Origin: Candidatus Pelagibacter sp.
Lineage (GTDB): Bacteria > Pseudomonadota > Alphaproteobacteria > Pelagibacterales > Pelagibacteraceae
DNA length: 64,000 bases
Assembly (NCBI RefSeq): GCF_052049815.1
Contig: NZ_JBNGZG010000002.1
Coordinates: forward strand, 798-64,797
Reading direction: 5' to 3'
The position numbers and the translations under genes are program-made. Below the pieces are notes generated by a model that saw only the letters and a program-made list of their open reading frames with translations, was not told the origin of the DNA and searched no databases. This document shows positions 27,701-40,259 of the stretch, piece after piece (the first letter of the stretch is position 1; every line of letters starts with the position of its first letter).

Positions 27701-28864
27701 GAAAGAAGTATTAAGCAAAGAGCAACACAGATTTTATCTGGTTCAAAATTAAATAAGAAAGTTAAAGATATTACAGAAGGTACTGAACTAAATGCAGAAT
27801 TAATAAATGGTTTAAGTATAAATGATATTTTTAAAATTAGTGTTGGTAATATTCAAGATGAAGCAACACTTTTTCAGCTAAAAGATCAATACACTTCTGC
27901 TAAACAAGATATTACAGAAAGATTTGAAGATAAAGTTTTAAAGATTAGAAGTGGTGACGATTTACTTCCTAGTGTAATGAAAATGGTTAAAGTATTTGTG
28001 GCTATCAAGAGAAGATTAAGACCAGGAGACAAAATGTCAGGAAGACACGGGAACAAAGGAGTAGTTAGTAAAATTGTTCCTGTTGAGGATATGCCATATA
28101 GAGAAGATGGTAGACCAGTTGATATAGTTTTAAATCCTCTTGGTGTACCAAGTAGAATGAATGTCGGCCAAATTTTAGAAACCCACTTAGGATGGGCGTG
28201 TAAAGAATTCGGTGAAGAAATTAAAAAATTAATTAATGAAAATCAAAAGAAAATTGAGAAAACTGAAAAAATTTCTAAATTTTTAAAATCTGTATATGGT
28301 GATGAAGCATACTCGGAAAAAGTTGATAAATTGAGCAAAACAGAATTCAAAGATCTTTGTGAAAATCTTCAAGATGGTATAGCTATATCAACACCAGTTT
28401 TTGATGGCGCAAAAGAAAAAAACGTTACTGAGATGTTAGAACTTGCTAACCTACCAGGATCAGGTCAAACTTATTTGTGGGATGGAAGAACAGGTGAAAA
28501 ATTTGATAGACCTGTAACGGTTGGAATAATTTATATGCTAAAACTACATCATTTAGTTGAAGATAAGATTCATGCTAGATCGACAGGTCCTTATAGTTTA
28601 GTCACACAACAACCTCTTGGAGGAAAGGCACAATTAGGTGGTCAAAGATTTGGTGAAATGGAGGTTTGGGCTTTAGAGGCTTATGGAGCCTCATATACTT
28701 TGCAAGAAATACTAACTGTTAAATCTGACGATGTAGCAGGGAGGGTGAAAGTTTATGAAACTATTGTTAAAGGTGAAGAGAATTTTGAATCAGGTATCCC
28801 AGAGTCATTCAATGTATTAGTGAAAGAAATAAAATCTTTAGCATTAAATGTGGAGTTAAATTAG
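24776..28864 (+). CDS. rpoB: RNA polymerase beta subunit
   Basis: [39 protein letters not shown]. Confidence 0.99.
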   Translation: MQLSFTEKKNIRKSFGKLKEGLSIPNLIEVQKNSYKELTDFKEDVGDLTKGFDRVFKSIFPIEDLNDKATLEYVSYRLEKPKFDVEECIARGLTYSSALKCTLRLVVYEIDQENNTKDILSAKEQEVYMGDVPMMTNSGTFITNGVQRVVVNQMHRSPGVFFDHDKGKTHASGKLLFNCRVIPNRGSWLDFEFDVKDFLYFKIDRKKKILASTLLLALGYTKSEIANEFYESENYVYDSKSSKWKTKFNPENYKAKNFSEEVIDAKTGKVVIKPGDKINFLNAKKLANEGLKDILVSKESLYGKFLHTDIKVSDEEEGTFKIGTELNDTIIEKILEANIHTIKISTTNAINKGPYLLTTILNDKNNTKDEAITEIYKMLRPGEPPTIEIATQIFNNLFFSSDRYDLSDVGRVKMNSRLNLDCSDKITILRNDDIISIIHKMLDLRDGKDDVDDIDHLGNRRVRSVGELVENQARIGVYRMERAIKEKMTTLDVESAMPQDLINAKPLTVSLKDFFASSQLSQFMDQTNPLSEITHKRRVSALGPGGLTRERAGFEVRDVHPTHYGRICPIETPEGPNIGLINSLSTYAKINKYGFIESPYKRVKDGVVQDKVEYLSAMEETKYTIAQANTKLDKNGKIVEELVSCRQNLNFLLAKPDTIDYIDVSPKQLVSVAASLIPFLENDDANRALMGSNMMRQAVPLLKPESPLVGTGIESDVALDSGVTIVAKRDGIVDKIDGKRIVIKATEETDFSKSGVDIYNLQKFKRSNQNTCINQRPLVRVGDKVKSGDIIADGPSTRLGELALGKNVTVAFMPWQGYNFEDSILISERCVTDDVFTSVHIVEYEIMARDTKLGEEEITRDIPNVNEDALKNLDESGIVYIGAEVNAGDILVGKVTPKGDSASGPEEKLLRSIFGEKAIDVTDTSLRMSRGSSGTVVDVRVFNRHGIEKDERSITIERAEIEQVQQDKIVEEEILERSIKQRATQILSGSKLNKKVKDITEGTELNAELINGLSINDIFKISVGNIQDEATLFQLKDQYTSAKQDITERFEDKVLKIRSGDDLLPSVMKMVKVFVAIKRRLRPGDKMSGRHGNKGVVSKIVPVEDMPYREDGRPVDIVLNPLGVPSRMNVGQILETHLGWACKEFGEEIKKLINENQKKIEKTEKISKFLKSVYGDEAYSEKVDKLSKTEFKDLCENLQDGIAISTPVFDGAKEKNVTEMLELANLPGSGQTYLWDGRTGEKFDRPVTVGIIYMLKLHHLVEDKIHARSTGPYSLVTQQPLGGKAQLGGQRFGEMEVWALEAYGASYTLQEILTVKSDDVAGRVKVYETIVKGEENFESGIPESFNVLVKEIKSLALNVELN

Positions 28865-31800
28865 ATGAAAAAAGAATTAACAGATTTATTTAAAAACTCA
28901 GAAATTTCAGAAGCTCAAAACTTTAATAGCATAAAAATTTCATTAGCCAGCCCAGAGAAAATAAAATCTTGGACTTATGGAGAAATTAAAAAACCTGAAA
29001 CGATAAATTATAGAACATTTAGACCAGAAAAAGATGGTCTATTTTGTGCACGTATTTTTGGACCTATCAAAGACTATGAGTGTTTGTGTGGAAAATACAA
29101 AAGAATGAAATTTAGAGGAATTATATGTGAAAAGTGTGGAGTTGAGGTAACTAAATCTAATGTAAGAAGAGAAAGAATGGGTCACATCAATTTAGCAACT
29201 CCTGTAGCTCATATCTGGTTCTTAAAATCTTTACCTAGCAGAATTGCATTAGCAGTTGATATGAAACTTAAAGAAATAGAAAGAGTTTTATATTTTGAAA
29301 ATTTTATTGTTATTGAACCAGGTTTAACAGGATTGCAGAAAAATCAATTACTTAATGAGGAAGAATTAGCTAAGTACCAAGATGAATTTGGTGAGGAAGC
29401 ATTTACTGCTGGTATTGGTGCAGAGGCTGTTTTAGAGATGCTAAAAAATTTAGATTTAGAATTGGAGAGAAAAAATTTAGTTAGCTATATCAAGGAAACA
29501 AAATCAAAAGTTAACGAAGAAAGAGCAATCAAAAGATTAAAGTTAATCGAGTCATTTATTGAAACTGGTCAAAAACCTGAATGGATGATTATGACTGTAG
29601 TTCCGGTTATTCCACCTGAACTAAGACCTTTAGTTCCATTAGATGGAGGAAGATTTGCTACATCTGATCTTAATGATCTTTATAGAAGAGTTATAAATAG
29701 AAACAATCGTTTGAAAAGATTAATGGATCTTAAAGCACCAGATATTATTGTAAGAAATGAAAAGAGAATGCTTCAAGAGTCTGTTGATGCATTGTTTGAC
29801 AATGGAAGAAGAGGAAGAGTTATTACTGGAACCGGCAAAAGACCACTCAAATCTCTTGCTGAAATGCTTAAAGGTAAACAAGGAAGATTCAGACAGAACT
29901 TATTAGGCAAAAGAGTTGATTACTCAGGTAGATCTGTAATCGTCGTTGGACCAGATTTAAAATTACACGAGTGTGGTTTACCGAAAAAAATGGCTTTAGA
30001 ATTATTTAAGCCATTTTTGTATGCTAGATTAAATAAATTAGGTTTAGCTTCAACAATTAAACAAGCAAAAAAAATTGTAGAAAAAGAAACTAATGCAGTT
30101 TGGGACGCTTTAGAATTAATTGTAAGAGAGCATCCTGTATTATTAAATAGAGCGCCAACACTTCATAGACTTGGGGTTCAAGCTTTTGAACCAAAATTAA
30201 TAGAAGGTGATGCTATAGAACTACACCCCTTAACTTGCGCAGCATTCAATGCTGATTTTGATGGTGACCAAATGGCAGTACATGTACCTTTAAGTTTAGA
30301 GGCACAATTAGAAGCTAGAATTCTAATGTTATCAACAAATAACATTTTATCCCCTTCAAATGGTAAACCAATTATTGTTCCAAGTCAGGACATGATTTTG
30401 GGAATTTACTATTTGTCTCAAGAACCAATTTCTGAAAAACCAACTGGATACTTTACTGACTCTGATCAAATTGAGTTTGCTTTATCATCTGGACAAATTA
30501 AAGTTCACAGCACAATTATATCAAGATTTGAGACTGTTGATGAAAAGGGTAACAAGAAATATGAAAAATACACGTCAACAGCGGGCAGATTTTTATTAGC
30601 AAACTTATTACCAAAAAATCATAACATCAAATTTTCTTTGGTTGATAGACTTTTACCAAAAAAGGTCGTATCAGAGATTATTGATGTTGTATTTAGATTT
30701 TGTGGTCAAAAGACAACTGTTATCTTCTGTGATAAGCTAAAAGATTTAGGATTTAAGCATGCATTTAAGGCTGGAATATCTTTTGGTAAAGACGACTTAG
30801 TAATACCAGAAAGTAAAACAAAATTAATTGATGATACAAAGAAATTAATTGCAGAATATGAAACACAGTATTCTGAAGGATTAATTACTAGAGGTGAAAA
30901 ATATAATAAAGTTGTTGATGCATGGTCTAAATGTACTGACAGTGTTGCAGCGGAAATGATGAAGGGTATTTCAGCAACAGAGAAAACTGATGAAGGGTTA
31001 AAAATTAACTCAGTATTTATGATGGCTGATAGTGGAGCAAGAGGTTCAGCTGCACAAATGAAACAATTAGCCGGAATGAGAGGACTAATTGCTAAACCAT
31101 CTGGTGAAATTATTGAAAGTCCAATTACCTCAAATTTTAAAGAAGGTCTAACAGCTCTAGAATATTTTAATTCTACTCACGGTGCTAGAAAAGGATTAGC
31201 AGATACTGCTTTAAAAACAGCTAGTTCTGGTTATTTAACTAGAAGACTTTGTGATGTTGCCCAAGACCTAACAATTACAAAAGTTAAATGTGACAACCCA
31301 GGTTTTATAGAGATTTCTGAAATATTAGAAGGTGGTAATGTTGTTGTGAGCTTATCTGAAAGAGCTCTTGGAAGAGTAACTGCTCAAGAGGTAAAACATC
31401 CATTAACAGGAGATATACTATTCAAGAAATCTTCTATGATTGATGAAGCAGCTTGTGATCAAATTGATGCGGCTGGTATAAAAGCAATAAAAGTTTATTC
31501 TGTAATGACATGTAGCTCTAAAGAAGGAGTTTGTGCAACATGTTATGGTAGAGATCTATCTAGAGGTAAAATTGTTCATGTTGGAGAGGCTATTGGTATG
31601 ATTTCAGCTCAATCAATTGGTGAACCTGGAACTCAGTTAACTATGAGAACTTTCCACGTTGGTGGGACTGCATCAGTAAAACAAGATTCCCAAATAATTT
31701 CTAAAAATGAAGGAACTTTAAAAATAATTAATTCAAATATTTTAGAAGATTCTAAAAAGAATTTAATTGTTATGGGAAGAAATACACAACTTTCTATCGA

Positions 31801-33037
31801 AGATGATAATGGTGTTCAAATTGCGGTTTATAAAGTTGCGTATGGTTCAAAATTATTCTTTAAAAATGGTGACAAAATAAAAGCAAATACAAAAATTTGT
31901 GAATGGGATCCATATACTACTCCGGTAATTGCTGAGAAAAGTGGTAACGCAACATTTGTTGATTTAATTGATGGTGTTTCAATTCAGGAGACGACTGATG
32001 ATGCAACTGGAATTTCATCTAAATCTGTAATTGATTGGAGATCACAATCTAAAAGTACAGATCTTAAACCTAGAATTACTTTAAGAGATGAAAAAGGAAA
32101 TATAATTAAAAAAGCTGACGATAATGAAGCTAGATATTATTTAGTACCAGACTCAATTTTATCTGTGAAAGATGGTCAAAAAGTTTCTGCAGGTGATGTA
32201 ATTGCTAGGTTACCAAAAGAGACAACAAAAACAAAAGACATTACAGGAGGTTTGCCAAGAGTAGCGGAATTATTTGAAGCTAGAAAAGCAAAAGATAGCG
32301 CTATTATAGCAGAAAACGATGGACAGGTTGTTTTTGGTAAAGAAGTAAGAGGTAAACAAAGAGTTTCTATTGTTCCTGAAGATGGTTCAGAACCATCAAA
32401 TTATTTAATTCCTAAAGGAAAGCATATTAATTTCAACCAAGGTGAAAAAATACAAAAAGGTGAACATTTATTAGATGGTGTACCATTACCGCATGATATT
32501 TTAAGAATTAAAGGAATTAAAGATCTAACTGAGTATTTTGTAAACCAAGTGCAAGAAGTTTATAGGTTGCAAGGTGTTGTAATTAATGACAAACACATCG
32601 AAACAATTTTAAGACAAATGTTGAAAAAAGTTGAAGTCAAATCTTCTGGAGATTCATCTTATCTACCGGGCGAAGTTGTTGATAGAATTAAATTTGATAA
32701 TGTAAACGAAAAATTAGTTTCCGAAGGTAAAACACCTGCTGTTGGCGAAAGAGTTTTGATGGGAATTACTAAAGCTTCACTGCAAACTGAGTCATTTATA
32801 TCAGCTGCTTCATTTCAAGAAACAACTAGAGTTTTAACTGATGCAGCTATTAAGGGCAAAATTGATCCACTCAATGGATTAAAAGAAAACGTAATTGTAG
32901 GAAGATTAGTGCCTGCTGGAACCGGAAATATCAAAAATAGATGGAATAATAAGGCCTTAAATGACGATAATAAGTTTTTATCTGAACAAGAAAAACTAGA
33001 ACCATCTGAAGCTTCAGAAACCCAAGCAAATCAATAA
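28865..33037 (+). CDS. rpoC: RNA polymerase beta' subunit
   Basis: [12 protein letters not shown] catalytic motif, CLCGKY...CEKC zinc site, ASFQETT. Confidence 0.99.
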   Translation: MKKELTDLFKNSEISEAQNFNSIKISLASPEKIKSWTYGEIKKPETINYRTFRPEKDGLFCARIFGPIKDYECLCGKYKRMKFRGIICEKCGVEVTKSNVRRERMGHINLATPVAHIWFLKSLPSRIALAVDMKLKEIERVLYFENFIVIEPGLTGLQKNQLLNEEELAKYQDEFGEEAFTAGIGAEAVLEMLKNLDLELERKNLVSYIKETKSKVNEERAIKRLKLIESFIETGQKPEWMIMTVVPVIPPELRPLVPLDGGRFATSDLNDLYRRVINRNNRLKRLMDLKAPDIIVRNEKRMLQESVDALFDNGRRGRVITGTGKRPLKSLAEMLKGKQGRFRQNLLGKRVDYSGRSVIVVGPDLKLHECGLPKKMALELFKPFLYARLNKLGLASTIKQAKKIVEKETNAVWDALELIVREHPVLLNRAPTLHRLGVQAFEPKLIEGDAIELHPLTCAAFNADFDGDQMAVHVPLSLEAQLEARILMLSTNNILSPSNGKPIIVPSQDMILGIYYLSQEPISEKPTGYFTDSDQIEFALSSGQIKVHSTIISRFETVDEKGNKKYEKYTSTAGRFLLANLLPKNHNIKFSLVDRLLPKKVVSEIIDVVFRFCGQKTTVIFCDKLKDLGFKHAFKAGISFGKDDLVIPESKTKLIDDTKKLIAEYETQYSEGLITRGEKYNKVVDAWSKCTDSVAAEMMKGISATEKTDEGLKINSVFMMADSGARGSAAQMKQLAGMRGLIAKPSGEIIESPITSNFKEGLTALEYFNSTHGARKGLADTALKTASSGYLTRRLCDVAQDLTITKVKCDNPGFIEISEILEGGNVVVSLSERALGRVTAQEVKHPLTGDILFKKSSMIDEAACDQIDAAGIKAIKVYSVMTCSSKEGVCATCYGRDLSRGKIVHVGEAIGMISAQSIGEPGTQLTMRTFHVGGTASVKQDSQIISKNEGTLKIINSNILEDSKKNLIVMGRNTQLSIEDDNGVQIAVYKVAYGSKLFFKNGDKIKANTKICEWDPYTTPVIAEKSGNATFVDLIDGVSIQETTDDATGISSKSVIDWRSQSKSTDLKPRITLRDEKGNIIKKADDNEARYYLVPDSILSVKDGQKVSAGDVIARLPKETTKTKDITGGLPRVAELFEARKAKDSAIIAENDGQVVFGKEVRGKQRVSIVPEDGSEPSNYLIPKGKHINFNQGEKIQKGEHLLDGVPLPHDILRIKGIKDLTEYFVNQVQEVYRLQGVVINDKHIETILRQMLKKVEVKSSGDSSYLPGEVVDRIKFDNVNEKLVSEGKTPAVGERVLMGITKASLQTESFISAASFQETTRVLTDAAIKGKIDPLNGLKENVIVGRLVPAGTGNIKNRWNNKALNDDNKFLSEQEKLEPSEASETQANQ

Positions 33038-33066
33038 AAAAAACTCAGTATTTAACTAGTTTTAGT

Positions 33067-33094
33067 TTGACAAAATACAATTAATAAGTATTTT
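33067..33094 (+). promoter_or_regulatory. sigma70-type promoter of rpsL (str) operon
   Basis: TTGACA (33067-33072), 16 nt, TATTTT (33089-33094). Confidence 0.55.
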
Positions 33095-33167
33095 GGCGAT
33101 GTTTTTGGTTGGAATGTAGTACTAACTTAGGTACTAAACGCTGCCACAAATAACCTGTCAGTTATTT
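33094..33167 (+). promoter_or_regulatory. Structured 5' leader of rpsL (candidate cis-regulatory RNA)
   Basis: TAGTAC/GTACTA hairpin (33117-33136), imperfect outer pairing TGGCGATGTTT/AAACGCTGCCA, second hairpin AAATAAC-N6-GTTATTT (33148-33167). Confidence 0.55.
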
Positions 33168-33195
33168 CATCAAAAATAAATTTATATAGAAAATT

Positions 33196-33567
33196 ATGCC
33201 AACAATTAACCAATTGTTAAGAAAAAAAAGAATTAAACAAGTAAACAGGAATAAAGTTCCTGCATTACAAAAACAACCTTTAAAGAGAGGTGTTTGTGTG
33301 AAAGTTTACACAACTACTCCAAAAAAACCAAATTCTGCTTTAAGAAAAGTTGCAAGAGTAAGACTTTCAAATGGTTTTGAAGTAACAGCTTATATTCCTG
33401 GAGAAGGTCATAATCTTCAAGAACACTCAGTTGTATTAATTAGAGGTGGTAGAGTTAAAGATCTACCTGGAGTTAGATATCATATTTTAAGAGGTAACCT
33501 AGATACACAGGGTGTTGCAAACAGAAAACAAAGAAGATCATTGTACGGAACAAAAAAAGGTAAATAA
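33196..33567 (+). CDS. rpsL: 30S ribosomal protein S12
   Basis: [32 protein letters not shown]. Confidence 0.99.
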   Translation: MPTINQLLRKKRIKQVNRNKVPALQKQPLKRGVCVKVYTTTPKKPNSALRKVARVRLSNGFEVTAYIPGEGHNLQEHSVVLIRGGRVKDLPGVRYHILRGNLDTQGVANRKQRRSLYGTKKGK

Positions 33568-33569
33568 AA

Positions 33570-34040
33570 ATGTCTAGAAAAAAAACACAACCTAAAAAAA
33601 ATATTGTTCCAGACCCTAAATTTAATTCAACTGTAATTCCAAAATTAATCAATAATATTATGTATGATGGCAAAAGAGGTGTTGCAGAAAAAATTGTTTA
33701 CGATGCAATTGATAAAATTAAAACTAAATCAAAAGACGAACCCATCAACGTCTTTAATGAAGCTATAAATAACATAAAACCAACTGTAGAAGTAAGATCT
33801 AGGAGAGTTGGGGGTGCAACTTACCAAGTGCCAGTAGAAGTAAAAAGTAAAAGAGCACAAGCTTTGGCTATAAGATGGTTAGTAGATTCAGCAAGAAAAA
33901 GAAAAGACAAACATATGTCTGATAAAATTTTTAATGAGTTATTTGATGCATACGAAAAAAAAGGTGCAGCAGTTAAAAAAAGAGAGGATGTTCACAAAAT
34001 GGCAGAGTCAAATAAAGCTTTTGCTCATTTTAGATGGTAA
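33570..34040 (+). CDS. rpsG: 30S ribosomal protein S7
   Basis: RRVGGATYQVPVEV, HKMAESNKAFAHFRW. Confidence 0.99.
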   Translation: MSRKKTQPKKNIVPDPKFNSTVIPKLINNIMYDGKRGVAEKIVYDAIDKIKTKSKDEPINVFNEAINNIKPTVEVRSRRVGGATYQVPVEVKSKRAQALAIRWLVDSARKRKDKHMSDKIFNELFDAYEKKGAAVKKREDVHKMAESNKAFAHFRW

Positions 34041-34044
34041 TTAA

Positions 34045-36123
34045 ATGGCTAGAACTCATACATTAGATAAATATAGAAACATTGGTATCATGGCTCACAT
34101 TGATGCTGGTAAGACAACTACTACAGAAAGAATTTTATATTACACAGGAAAAAGTCATAAGATTGGTGAAGTTCATGACGGTGCTGCAACAATGGACTGG
34201 ATGGAACAAGAGCAAGAGAGAGGAATTACAATTACTTCAGCAGCTACTACTTGTTTTTGGCAAGACCACAGAATTAATATTATCGATACTCCAGGCCACG
34301 TTGATTTTACAATTGAAGTTGAAAGATCATTAAAGGTACTTGATGGAGCAGTAGCTGTTTTTGACGGTGTTGCCGGCGTTGAACCACAATCAGAGACTGT
34401 TTGGAGACAAGCAGACAAATATAAAGTTCCAAGAATATGTTTTGTAAATAAATTAGATAGAACAGGTGCAGATTTCTTTAGATGTGTTGATATGATTAAA
34501 GATAGATTAGGTGCCAAACCATTAGTTCTGCAAGTACCAATTGGAATTGAAGCTTCTTTAACAGGTGTTGTTGATTTAGTTAAAATGAAAGCTCAGGTTT
34601 GGAAAAACGAAGCCCTAGGTGCAGAATGGGAATACAAAGAAATTCCAGATGATTTGAAAGAAATTTCAAATAAATACAGAACTGAATTAGTTGAAATGGC
34701 TGTGGAGCAAGATGAAAAATTAATGGAAAGCTATCTAAATGGTGATGAAATTAAAGAAGAAGATTTAGTTAAATGTATTAGAAAAGGCACCTTAAACTTT
34801 AGTTTTGTACCAGTTTTAACCGGATCTGCTTTTAAAAATAAAGGAGTTCAACCTTTATTAGATGCTGTAATAAATTATCTGCCAAGCCCAGTAGATATTG
34901 GATCAATAAAAGGAACTAAAGTAGGTTCAGACGAAGAAGTTGAAATGAAATTTGATGATAATGCGCCATTTTCTGCTTTAGCATTTAAAGTTGCAAACGA
35001 TCCTTTTGTTGGATCATTAACATTTATCAGAATTTACTCTGGTACAATTAAATCAGGAACAGCAGTTTATAACTCATCTTCTGAAAAGGAAGAAAGAGTT
35101 GGAAGAATGCTTTTAATGCACGCAAATTCTAGAGAAGATATAAAGGAAGCAAATGCAGGTGATATAGTTTCACTTGCAGGTCTTAAAAATACAATGACAG
35201 GACACACTTTATGCAACAAAGATAACCAAGTTTTACTTGAGCCAATGGAGTTCCCTGAGCCAGTCATTGAAATCGCTGTTGAGCCAAAGACTAAAGGAGA
35301 CCAAGAAAAAATGGGTGAGGCTTTAGCGAGATTAGCTAAGGAAGACCCATCGTTTAGAGTTTCATCAGATGATGAGTCTGGGCAAACAATTATTAAAGGT
35401 ATGGGTGAACTTCATTTAGATATCATTGTTGATCGAATGAAAAGAGAATTTAAAGTTGAAGCTAATGTTGGTGCTCCACAGGTTGCTTATAGAGAAACAA
35501 TTGAGAGTTCAGCAGAATTTGAATACATTCATAAAAAACAAAGTGGTGGTGCAGGTCAGTTTGCAAAAGTTAAGCTTTTAGTTGAACCTCAAGAACCAGG
35601 CAAAGGAAGATTGGTAGAAAGTGCAATTAAAGGTGGAGCAATTCCAAAAGAATTTATTCCTGGTGTAGAAAAAGGTATAGAAACAGTTTCTGACTCAGGG
35701 ATATTAGCTGGTTTTCCAATGATTGATTACAAAGTAACTATTGTTGACGGGTTGCATCATGATGTTGACTCAAGTGTTTTAGCTTTTGAACTAGCAAGTA
35801 GGTCATGTTTCAAGGAAGCTTGTACTCAAGGTGGATTAAAATTGTTGGAACCAATAATGAGAGTTGAGGTTGTTACCCCTGAAGATTATATGGGTGATGT
35901 AATAGGTGATTTAAATAGTAGAAGAGGCCAAATTAGTACTCAAGAGCAAAGAGGAAATGCAACTGTCATAACAGCTATGGTGCCGTTAGCTAATATGTTT
36001 GGTTATATTAATAATTTAAGATCTATGTCTCAAGGAAGAGCTCAATATTCTATGTTCTTCGATCATTATTCAAAAGTTCCTCAGAACGTTCAGGACGAGG
36101 TAACTAAAAAGGTGGCTGGTTAA
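34045..36123 (+). CDS. fusA: Elongation factor G
   Basis: [27 protein letters not shown]. Confidence 0.99.
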   Translation: MARTHTLDKYRNIGIMAHIDAGKTTTTERILYYTGKSHKIGEVHDGAATMDWMEQEQERGITITSAATTCFWQDHRINIIDTPGHVDFTIEVERSLKVLDGAVAVFDGVAGVEPQSETVWRQADKYKVPRICFVNKLDRTGADFFRCVDMIKDRLGAKPLVLQVPIGIEASLTGVVDLVKMKAQVWKNEALGAEWEYKEIPDDLKEISNKYRTELVEMAVEQDEKLMESYLNGDEIKEEDLVKCIRKGTLNFSFVPVLTGSAFKNKGVQPLLDAVINYLPSPVDIGSIKGTKVGSDEEVEMKFDDNAPFSALAFKVANDPFVGSLTFIRIYSGTIKSGTAVYNSSSEKEERVGRMLLMHANSREDIKEANAGDIVSLAGLKNTMTGHTLCNKDNQVLLEPMEFPEPVIEIAVEPKTKGDQEKMGEALARLAKEDPSFRVSSDDESGQTIIKGMGELHLDIIVDRMKREFKVEANVGAPQVAYRETIESSAEFEYIHKKQSGGAGQFAKVKLLVEPQEPGKGRLVESAIKGGAIPKEFIPGVEKGIETVSDSGILAGFPMIDYKVTIVDGLHHDVDSSVLAFELASRSCFKEACTQGGLKLLEPIMRVEVVTPEDYMGDVIGDLNSRRGQISTQEQRGNATVITAMVPLANMFGYINNLRSMSQGRAQYSMFFDHYSKVPQNVQDEVTKKVAG

Positions 36124-36124
36124 T

Positions 36125-36433
36125 ATGGAAAAACAAAACATCAGAATTAAACTTAGAGCGTATGATAATAAAATTTTAGATGCTTCTACAGAAGAAATTG
36201 TTAACACAGTAAAAAGAACTGGAGCTACAATTAAAGGTCCTATTCCGTTACCAACAAGAATAGAAAGATACACAGTTTTAAGATCACCCCATATAGACAA
36301 AAAAAGTAGAGAACAATTTGAGAGCAGAACACATAAAAGATTAATCGATATAATTGAACCAACGCCACAAACTGTTGAAGCTTTGATGAAATTAGATTTA
36401 GCTTCTGGTGTTGATGTGGAGATAAAAATATAA
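36125..36433 (+). CDS. rpsJ: 30S ribosomal protein S10
   Basis: [28 protein letters not shown]. Confidence 0.99.
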   Translation: MEKQNIRIKLRAYDNKILDASTEEIVNTVKRTGATIKGPIPLPTRIERYTVLRSPHIDKKSREQFESRTHKRLIDIIEPTPQTVEALMKLDLASGVDVEIKI

Positions 36434-37143
36434 TGTCAGAAATAGCTTTGATAGGAAAAAAAATTGGGATGACTCGAGAATTTTACAAAACGGGTCAACT
36501 AGTTCCTGTTACAGTTTTAAAAATGGAAAAAGCTAGAGTGATACAAGTAATAGAGGAAGAAAAAAGAGGTTACAAAGCCATACAACTTGGTTATGGAAAA
36601 ATTAAAAATTCAAAATTAACAAAAGCAATGAAAGGTTTTTTTGCAAAAAAAAATACAGAAGCTAAGAAAAAGTTAAAAGAATATAGAGTCGCTAAAACTG
36701 AAGATTACAAAGAAGGAAATGAATTTGGCTTAGAAATTTTTAAAGACATTAAGTTTGTTGATACAAAATCAAAAACTATCGGTAAAGGTTTTGCAGGTGC
36801 AATGAAAAGACATAATTTTGGTGGTTTGAGAGCTACTCACGGTGTTTCAATTTCACATAGATCTCATGGATCTACAGGTCAAAGACAAGATCCGGGTAAA
36901 GTATTTAAAGGAAAAAAAATGGCTGGTCACATGGGTGATAAATTAAGAACTATGCAAAACATCGAAATAATAAAGACTGATTTAGAAAATGAGTTACTTT
37001 ATTTAAAAGGTTCTATTCCTGGATCAAAAAATACAGAAGTTCTTGTAAAAAAATCAGTTAAAAATATTAAAAAATTAACTGTTACAGAAAAAATAGCTGC
37101 TGCAGAAGAAGCAAAAAAAACACCGGATAAAAAGAAAAAATAA
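36433..37143 (+). CDS. rplC: 50S ribosomal protein L3
   Basis: GKKIGMT, GKGFAGAMKRHNF, GKVFKGKKMAGHMG. Confidence 0.99.
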   Translation: MSEIALIGKKIGMTREFYKTGQLVPVTVLKMEKARVIQVIEEEKRGYKAIQLGYGKIKNSKLTKAMKGFFAKKNTEAKKKLKEYRVAKTEDYKEGNEFGLEIFKDIKFVDTKSKTIGKGFAGAMKRHNFGGLRATHGVSISHRSHGSTGQRQDPGKVFKGKKMAGHMGDKLRTMQNIEIIKTDLENELLYLKGSIPGSKNTEVLVKKSVKNIKKLTVTEKIAAAEEAKKTPDKKKK

Positions 37144-37766
37144 TGAAAATAGATAAACATAGTTTAGATGGAAAAAAAGACTCTATAGAAGTTTTAGATA
37201 AAGTTTTTTCTGCAAAAATTAACAAAAGATTAGTGAGTGCTGTTTTATACAAAACTAATGCAAACTATAAGGGACGTCATGCAAAAACAAAACAGCAAAA
37301 TGAAGTTTCTGGTCCAACATCAAAAATTTATGCACAAAAAGGCACTGGTAATGCAAGACATGCCTCTAGAAAAGCACCAATATTTGTTGGTGGAGGTGTA
37401 GCTCATGGGCCAAAAGGTGAGCTAGCTTATAAAAAAAGAAAACTAAATAAAAGTGAGAAGAAACTTAGCATCGCTTCTTTATTGAGTGAAAAAAATAAAG
37501 ATAAAAATTTAATGATTTTTAATGATTTTAGTTCTGAAATAAAAAAAACAAAAGAAATGAGTCAAATTGTTAAAAAGTTTGATATTACAAATTCTTTGAT
37601 AATTTTAGATAAATCTTCAAAAGATAAAATTGAAAGATCAGTTAGAAATATTCCAAATATCAAGGTAACAGATGTAAATCACTTTAGTGCATTTGATGTT
37701 GTTAAATTTAAAAAGATTGTTTTTACAGAAAGTTCTGTAAAAGAATTAGAAAAGAGATATAGCTAA
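37143..37766 (+). CDS. rplD: 50S ribosomal protein L4
   Basis: QKGTGNARHAS, GGGVAHGPK. Confidence 0.98.
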   Translation: MKIDKHSLDGKKDSIEVLDKVFSAKINKRLVSAVLYKTNANYKGRHAKTKQQNEVSGPTSKIYAQKGTGNARHASRKAPIFVGGGVAHGPKGELAYKKRKLNKSEKKLSIASLLSEKNKDKNLMIFNDFSSEIKKTKEMSQIVKKFDITNSLIILDKSSKDKIERSVRNIPNIKVTDVNHFSAFDVVKFKKIVFTESSVKELEKRYS

Positions 37767-38059
37767 TGAGTAGATTACATTTATACGATAAAATTTTATC
37801 TCCAGTTGTCACAGAAAAATCTACTAATTTATCTGAACATAATAAAATTGTATTCAAAGTGCCTTCTAGTGCCAACAAGGTTAGTTTAAAAAAGAATATA
37901 GAAAAAATATTTAAAGTTAATGTAACTAAAATTAACATTATAAATAAACAAAATAGAACTAAACTTACAAGAGGTAGAAAAGTAAAAGTCTCTGGTTTTA
38001 AAAAAGCTATCATAACTCTTAAAAAAGGTCAGAGCATAGATCTAACAACAGGAATTTAA
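37766..38059 (+). CDS. rplW: 50S ribosomal protein L23
   Basis: PVVTEKS, KKAIITL. Confidence 0.97.
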   Translation: MSRLHLYDKILSPVVTEKSTNLSEHNKIVFKVPSSANKVSLKKNIEKIFKVNVTKINIINKQNRTKLTRGRKVKVSGFKKAIITLKKGQSIDLTTGI

Positions 38060-38060
38060 A

Positions 38061-38894
38061 ATGGCATTAAAAACATTTAAACCATATACAAAATCTACAA
38101 GAGGAACAATCCTAGTTGATAGATCAGAATTATGGAAAGGAAAACCATTCAAATCATTAGTTTCACCTAAAAATGCTATGAAAGGTAGAAACAATAATGG
38201 GAGAATTACTTCTATAAATAGAGCTGGTGGACATAAAAAAATGTACAGACATGTAGATTTTTACAGAAAAAAATTTGATATGCCTGCTACAGTTGAGAGA
38301 ATTGAATATGATCCAAATAGGTCTTGCTACATAATGCTTGTAAAATTCCAAGATAATACTCATGCTTATTATTTGGCTCCGCAAAAAATTAAAGCTGGTG
38401 ATGTAATTGAAAATGGTTCGAAAAAAGAGATTAAAGTTGGAAACTGTATGCCTCTTCAAGATATACCAGTTGGAATAAATATCCATAATGTTGAAATCCA
38501 ACCAGGTGCCGGAGGTAAATTAGCAAGATCAGCTGGAACATCGGTGACTATTAGTGGTATAGATGGAAATTATAGCTTGATTAAACTTGCTTCTGGTGAA
38601 GTCAGAAAGATAGATTCAAGATCTCTTGCTACAATAGGAATTTTAAGCAACCCAGATCAAAAGAATATTAAAATTGGAAAAGCAGGAAGATCAAGATGGT
38701 TAGGTAGAAGACCACACACAAGAGGTGTTGTTAAAAACCCTGTTGATCACCCACATGGAGGTGGAGAAGGTAAGACTGCTGGAGGAAGACACCCAGTTTC
38801 ACCAACTGGACAGTCAGCCAAAGGATTAAAAACTAGAGATAATAAAAGAACTGATAAATTTATAGTCAGAAGAAGGAAGAAAAGAAAGGATTAA
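38061..38894 (+). CDS. rplB: 50S ribosomal protein L2
   Basis: GRNNNGRIT, IEYDPNRS, NPVDHPHGGGEG. Confidence 0.99.
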   Translation: MALKTFKPYTKSTRGTILVDRSELWKGKPFKSLVSPKNAMKGRNNNGRITSINRAGGHKKMYRHVDFYRKKFDMPATVERIEYDPNRSCYIMLVKFQDNTHAYYLAPQKIKAGDVIENGSKKEIKVGNCMPLQDIPVGINIHNVEIQPGAGGKLARSAGTSVTISGIDGNYSLIKLASGEVRKIDSRSLATIGILSNPDQKNIKIGKAGRSRWLGRRPHTRGVVKNPVDHPHGGGEGKTAGGRHPVSPTGQSAKGLKTRDNKRTDKFIVRRRKKRKD

Positions 38895-38900
38895 CATTTT

Positions 38901-39194
38901 ATGGCAAGAGCAGTTTGGAAAGGTCCATTTGTTGAAGAAAGTCTCATGAAAAAGGTTGATAAGTATAAGGCTGATCCTAAAAAAATTCCTATTAAGACAT
39001 GGTCAAGAAAATCAACTATTATTCCTGATTTTGTTGGAGTTAGTTTTTTAATTTATAATGGTAAAAAATTTATCCCAATTACAGTTTCTGAGGATATGGT
39101 TGGACATAAACTTGGTGAGTTTGCGCCAACTAGAACCTTCTTTGGTCATACACCTGCAGATAAAAAAGCAAAACCAGCAGAGGCTAAAAAATAA
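38901..39194 (+). CDS. rpsS: 30S ribosomal protein S19
   Basis: [20 protein letters not shown]. Confidence 0.99.
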   Translation: MARAVWKGPFVEESLMKKVDKYKADPKKIPIKTWSRKSTIIPDFVGVSFLIYNGKKFIPITVSEDMVGHKLGEFAPTRTFFGHTPADKKAKPAEAKK

Positions 39195-39196
39195 AG

Positions 39197-39595
39197 ATGA
39201 GCAAAAAAAAGAAAATACAAAATAAAACTGATAAACTTGTTAAATCAATTAACAACAATATTAGATCAAGTGTAAGAAAGCTGAATCCAATACTTAAAGG
39301 TATTGTTGGAAAAAAAGTTGATGTTGCTATCAGAGATTTAGAATTTTCTGAAAAAAGAATTACTAGAGATATTAGAAAAACTATTAGCTCAGCAGTTGCA
39401 AATGCTGAAAATAATTTTCAATATGATATTGATAATCTAATTGTCAAAGAAGCTTATTGTGGAAAAAAAATTACAATGAAAAGATTTAGACCTAGAGCGA
39501 AAGGAAGAGCTGCGCCAATTTTAAAACCTTATTCTAGTGTCACAATAATATTAACTGAAGCTAAACAAATGGAGAGTCATGGGTCAAAAGGTTAA
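39197..39595 (+). CDS. rplV: 50S ribosomal protein L22
   Basis: SAVANAENN, KRFRPRAKGRA. Confidence 0.97.
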   Translation: MSKKKKIQNKTDKLVKSINNNIRSSVRKLNPILKGIVGKKVDVAIRDLEFSEKRITRDIRKTISSAVANAENNFQYDIDNLIVKEAYCGKKITMKRFRPRAKGRAAPILKPYSSVTIILTEAKQMESHGSKG

Positions 39596-40259
39596 TCCAG
39601 TAGGTTTTAGACTTGGGGTAAACAGAGGTTGGGACTCTGTTTGGTATGCTAAGAAAAAAGACTTTGGAAATTATCTTATCGAAGATTTTAAGATCAGAGA
39701 ATACATTAAAAAAAATGTTATTAATTCAGGTGTTTCAAAGGTAATGATAGAAAGAACATCTAACAAATGTTATGTAACTATTTACACTTCAAGACCAGGA
39801 TTTGTCATTGGTAAAAAAGGTAGTGACATTGATAAGATTAAAAACAATTTAGCAAAAATAACTTCAAACGAAGTAGCATTAAACATAAAAGAAGTAAAAA
39901 AACCTGAAACAAATGCATATCTTGTAGCAGAAAATATTGCACAACAGCTTGTAAAAAGAATTTCTTACAGAAGAGCAATGAAGAGAGCTATGCAATCGTG
40001 TCTAAGATTAGGAGCTAAAGGTATTAAAGTTTCAATCAGTGGAAGGCTAGGAGGAAATGAAATTGCAAGAACTGAATGGTTGAGAGATGGAAGTATACCT
40101 TCACACACATTAAGAGCAGAAATTGATTATGCGGAAGCAGAAGCTTTAACTACTTATGGAATAATCGGTATTAAAGTATGGATATACAAAGGTGAAGTTT
40201 TTGCGAAAGAATTTAGTCAAGAAACAAACAAAGAAACACCAAAAGAGGCAAACAAATAA
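39579..40259 (+). CDS. rpsC: 30S ribosomal protein S3
   Basis: [33 protein letters not shown]. Confidence 0.99.
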   Translation: MGQKVNPVGFRLGVNRGWDSVWYAKKKDFGNYLIEDFKIREYIKKNVINSGVSKVMIERTSNKCYVTIYTSRPGFVIGKKGSDIDKIKNNLAKITSNEVALNIKEVKKPETNAYLVAENIAQQLVKRISYRRAMKRAMQSCLRLGAKGIKVSISGRLGGNEIARTEWLRDGSIPSHTLRAEIDYAEAEALTTYGIIGIKVWIYKGEVFAKEFSQETNKETPKEANK

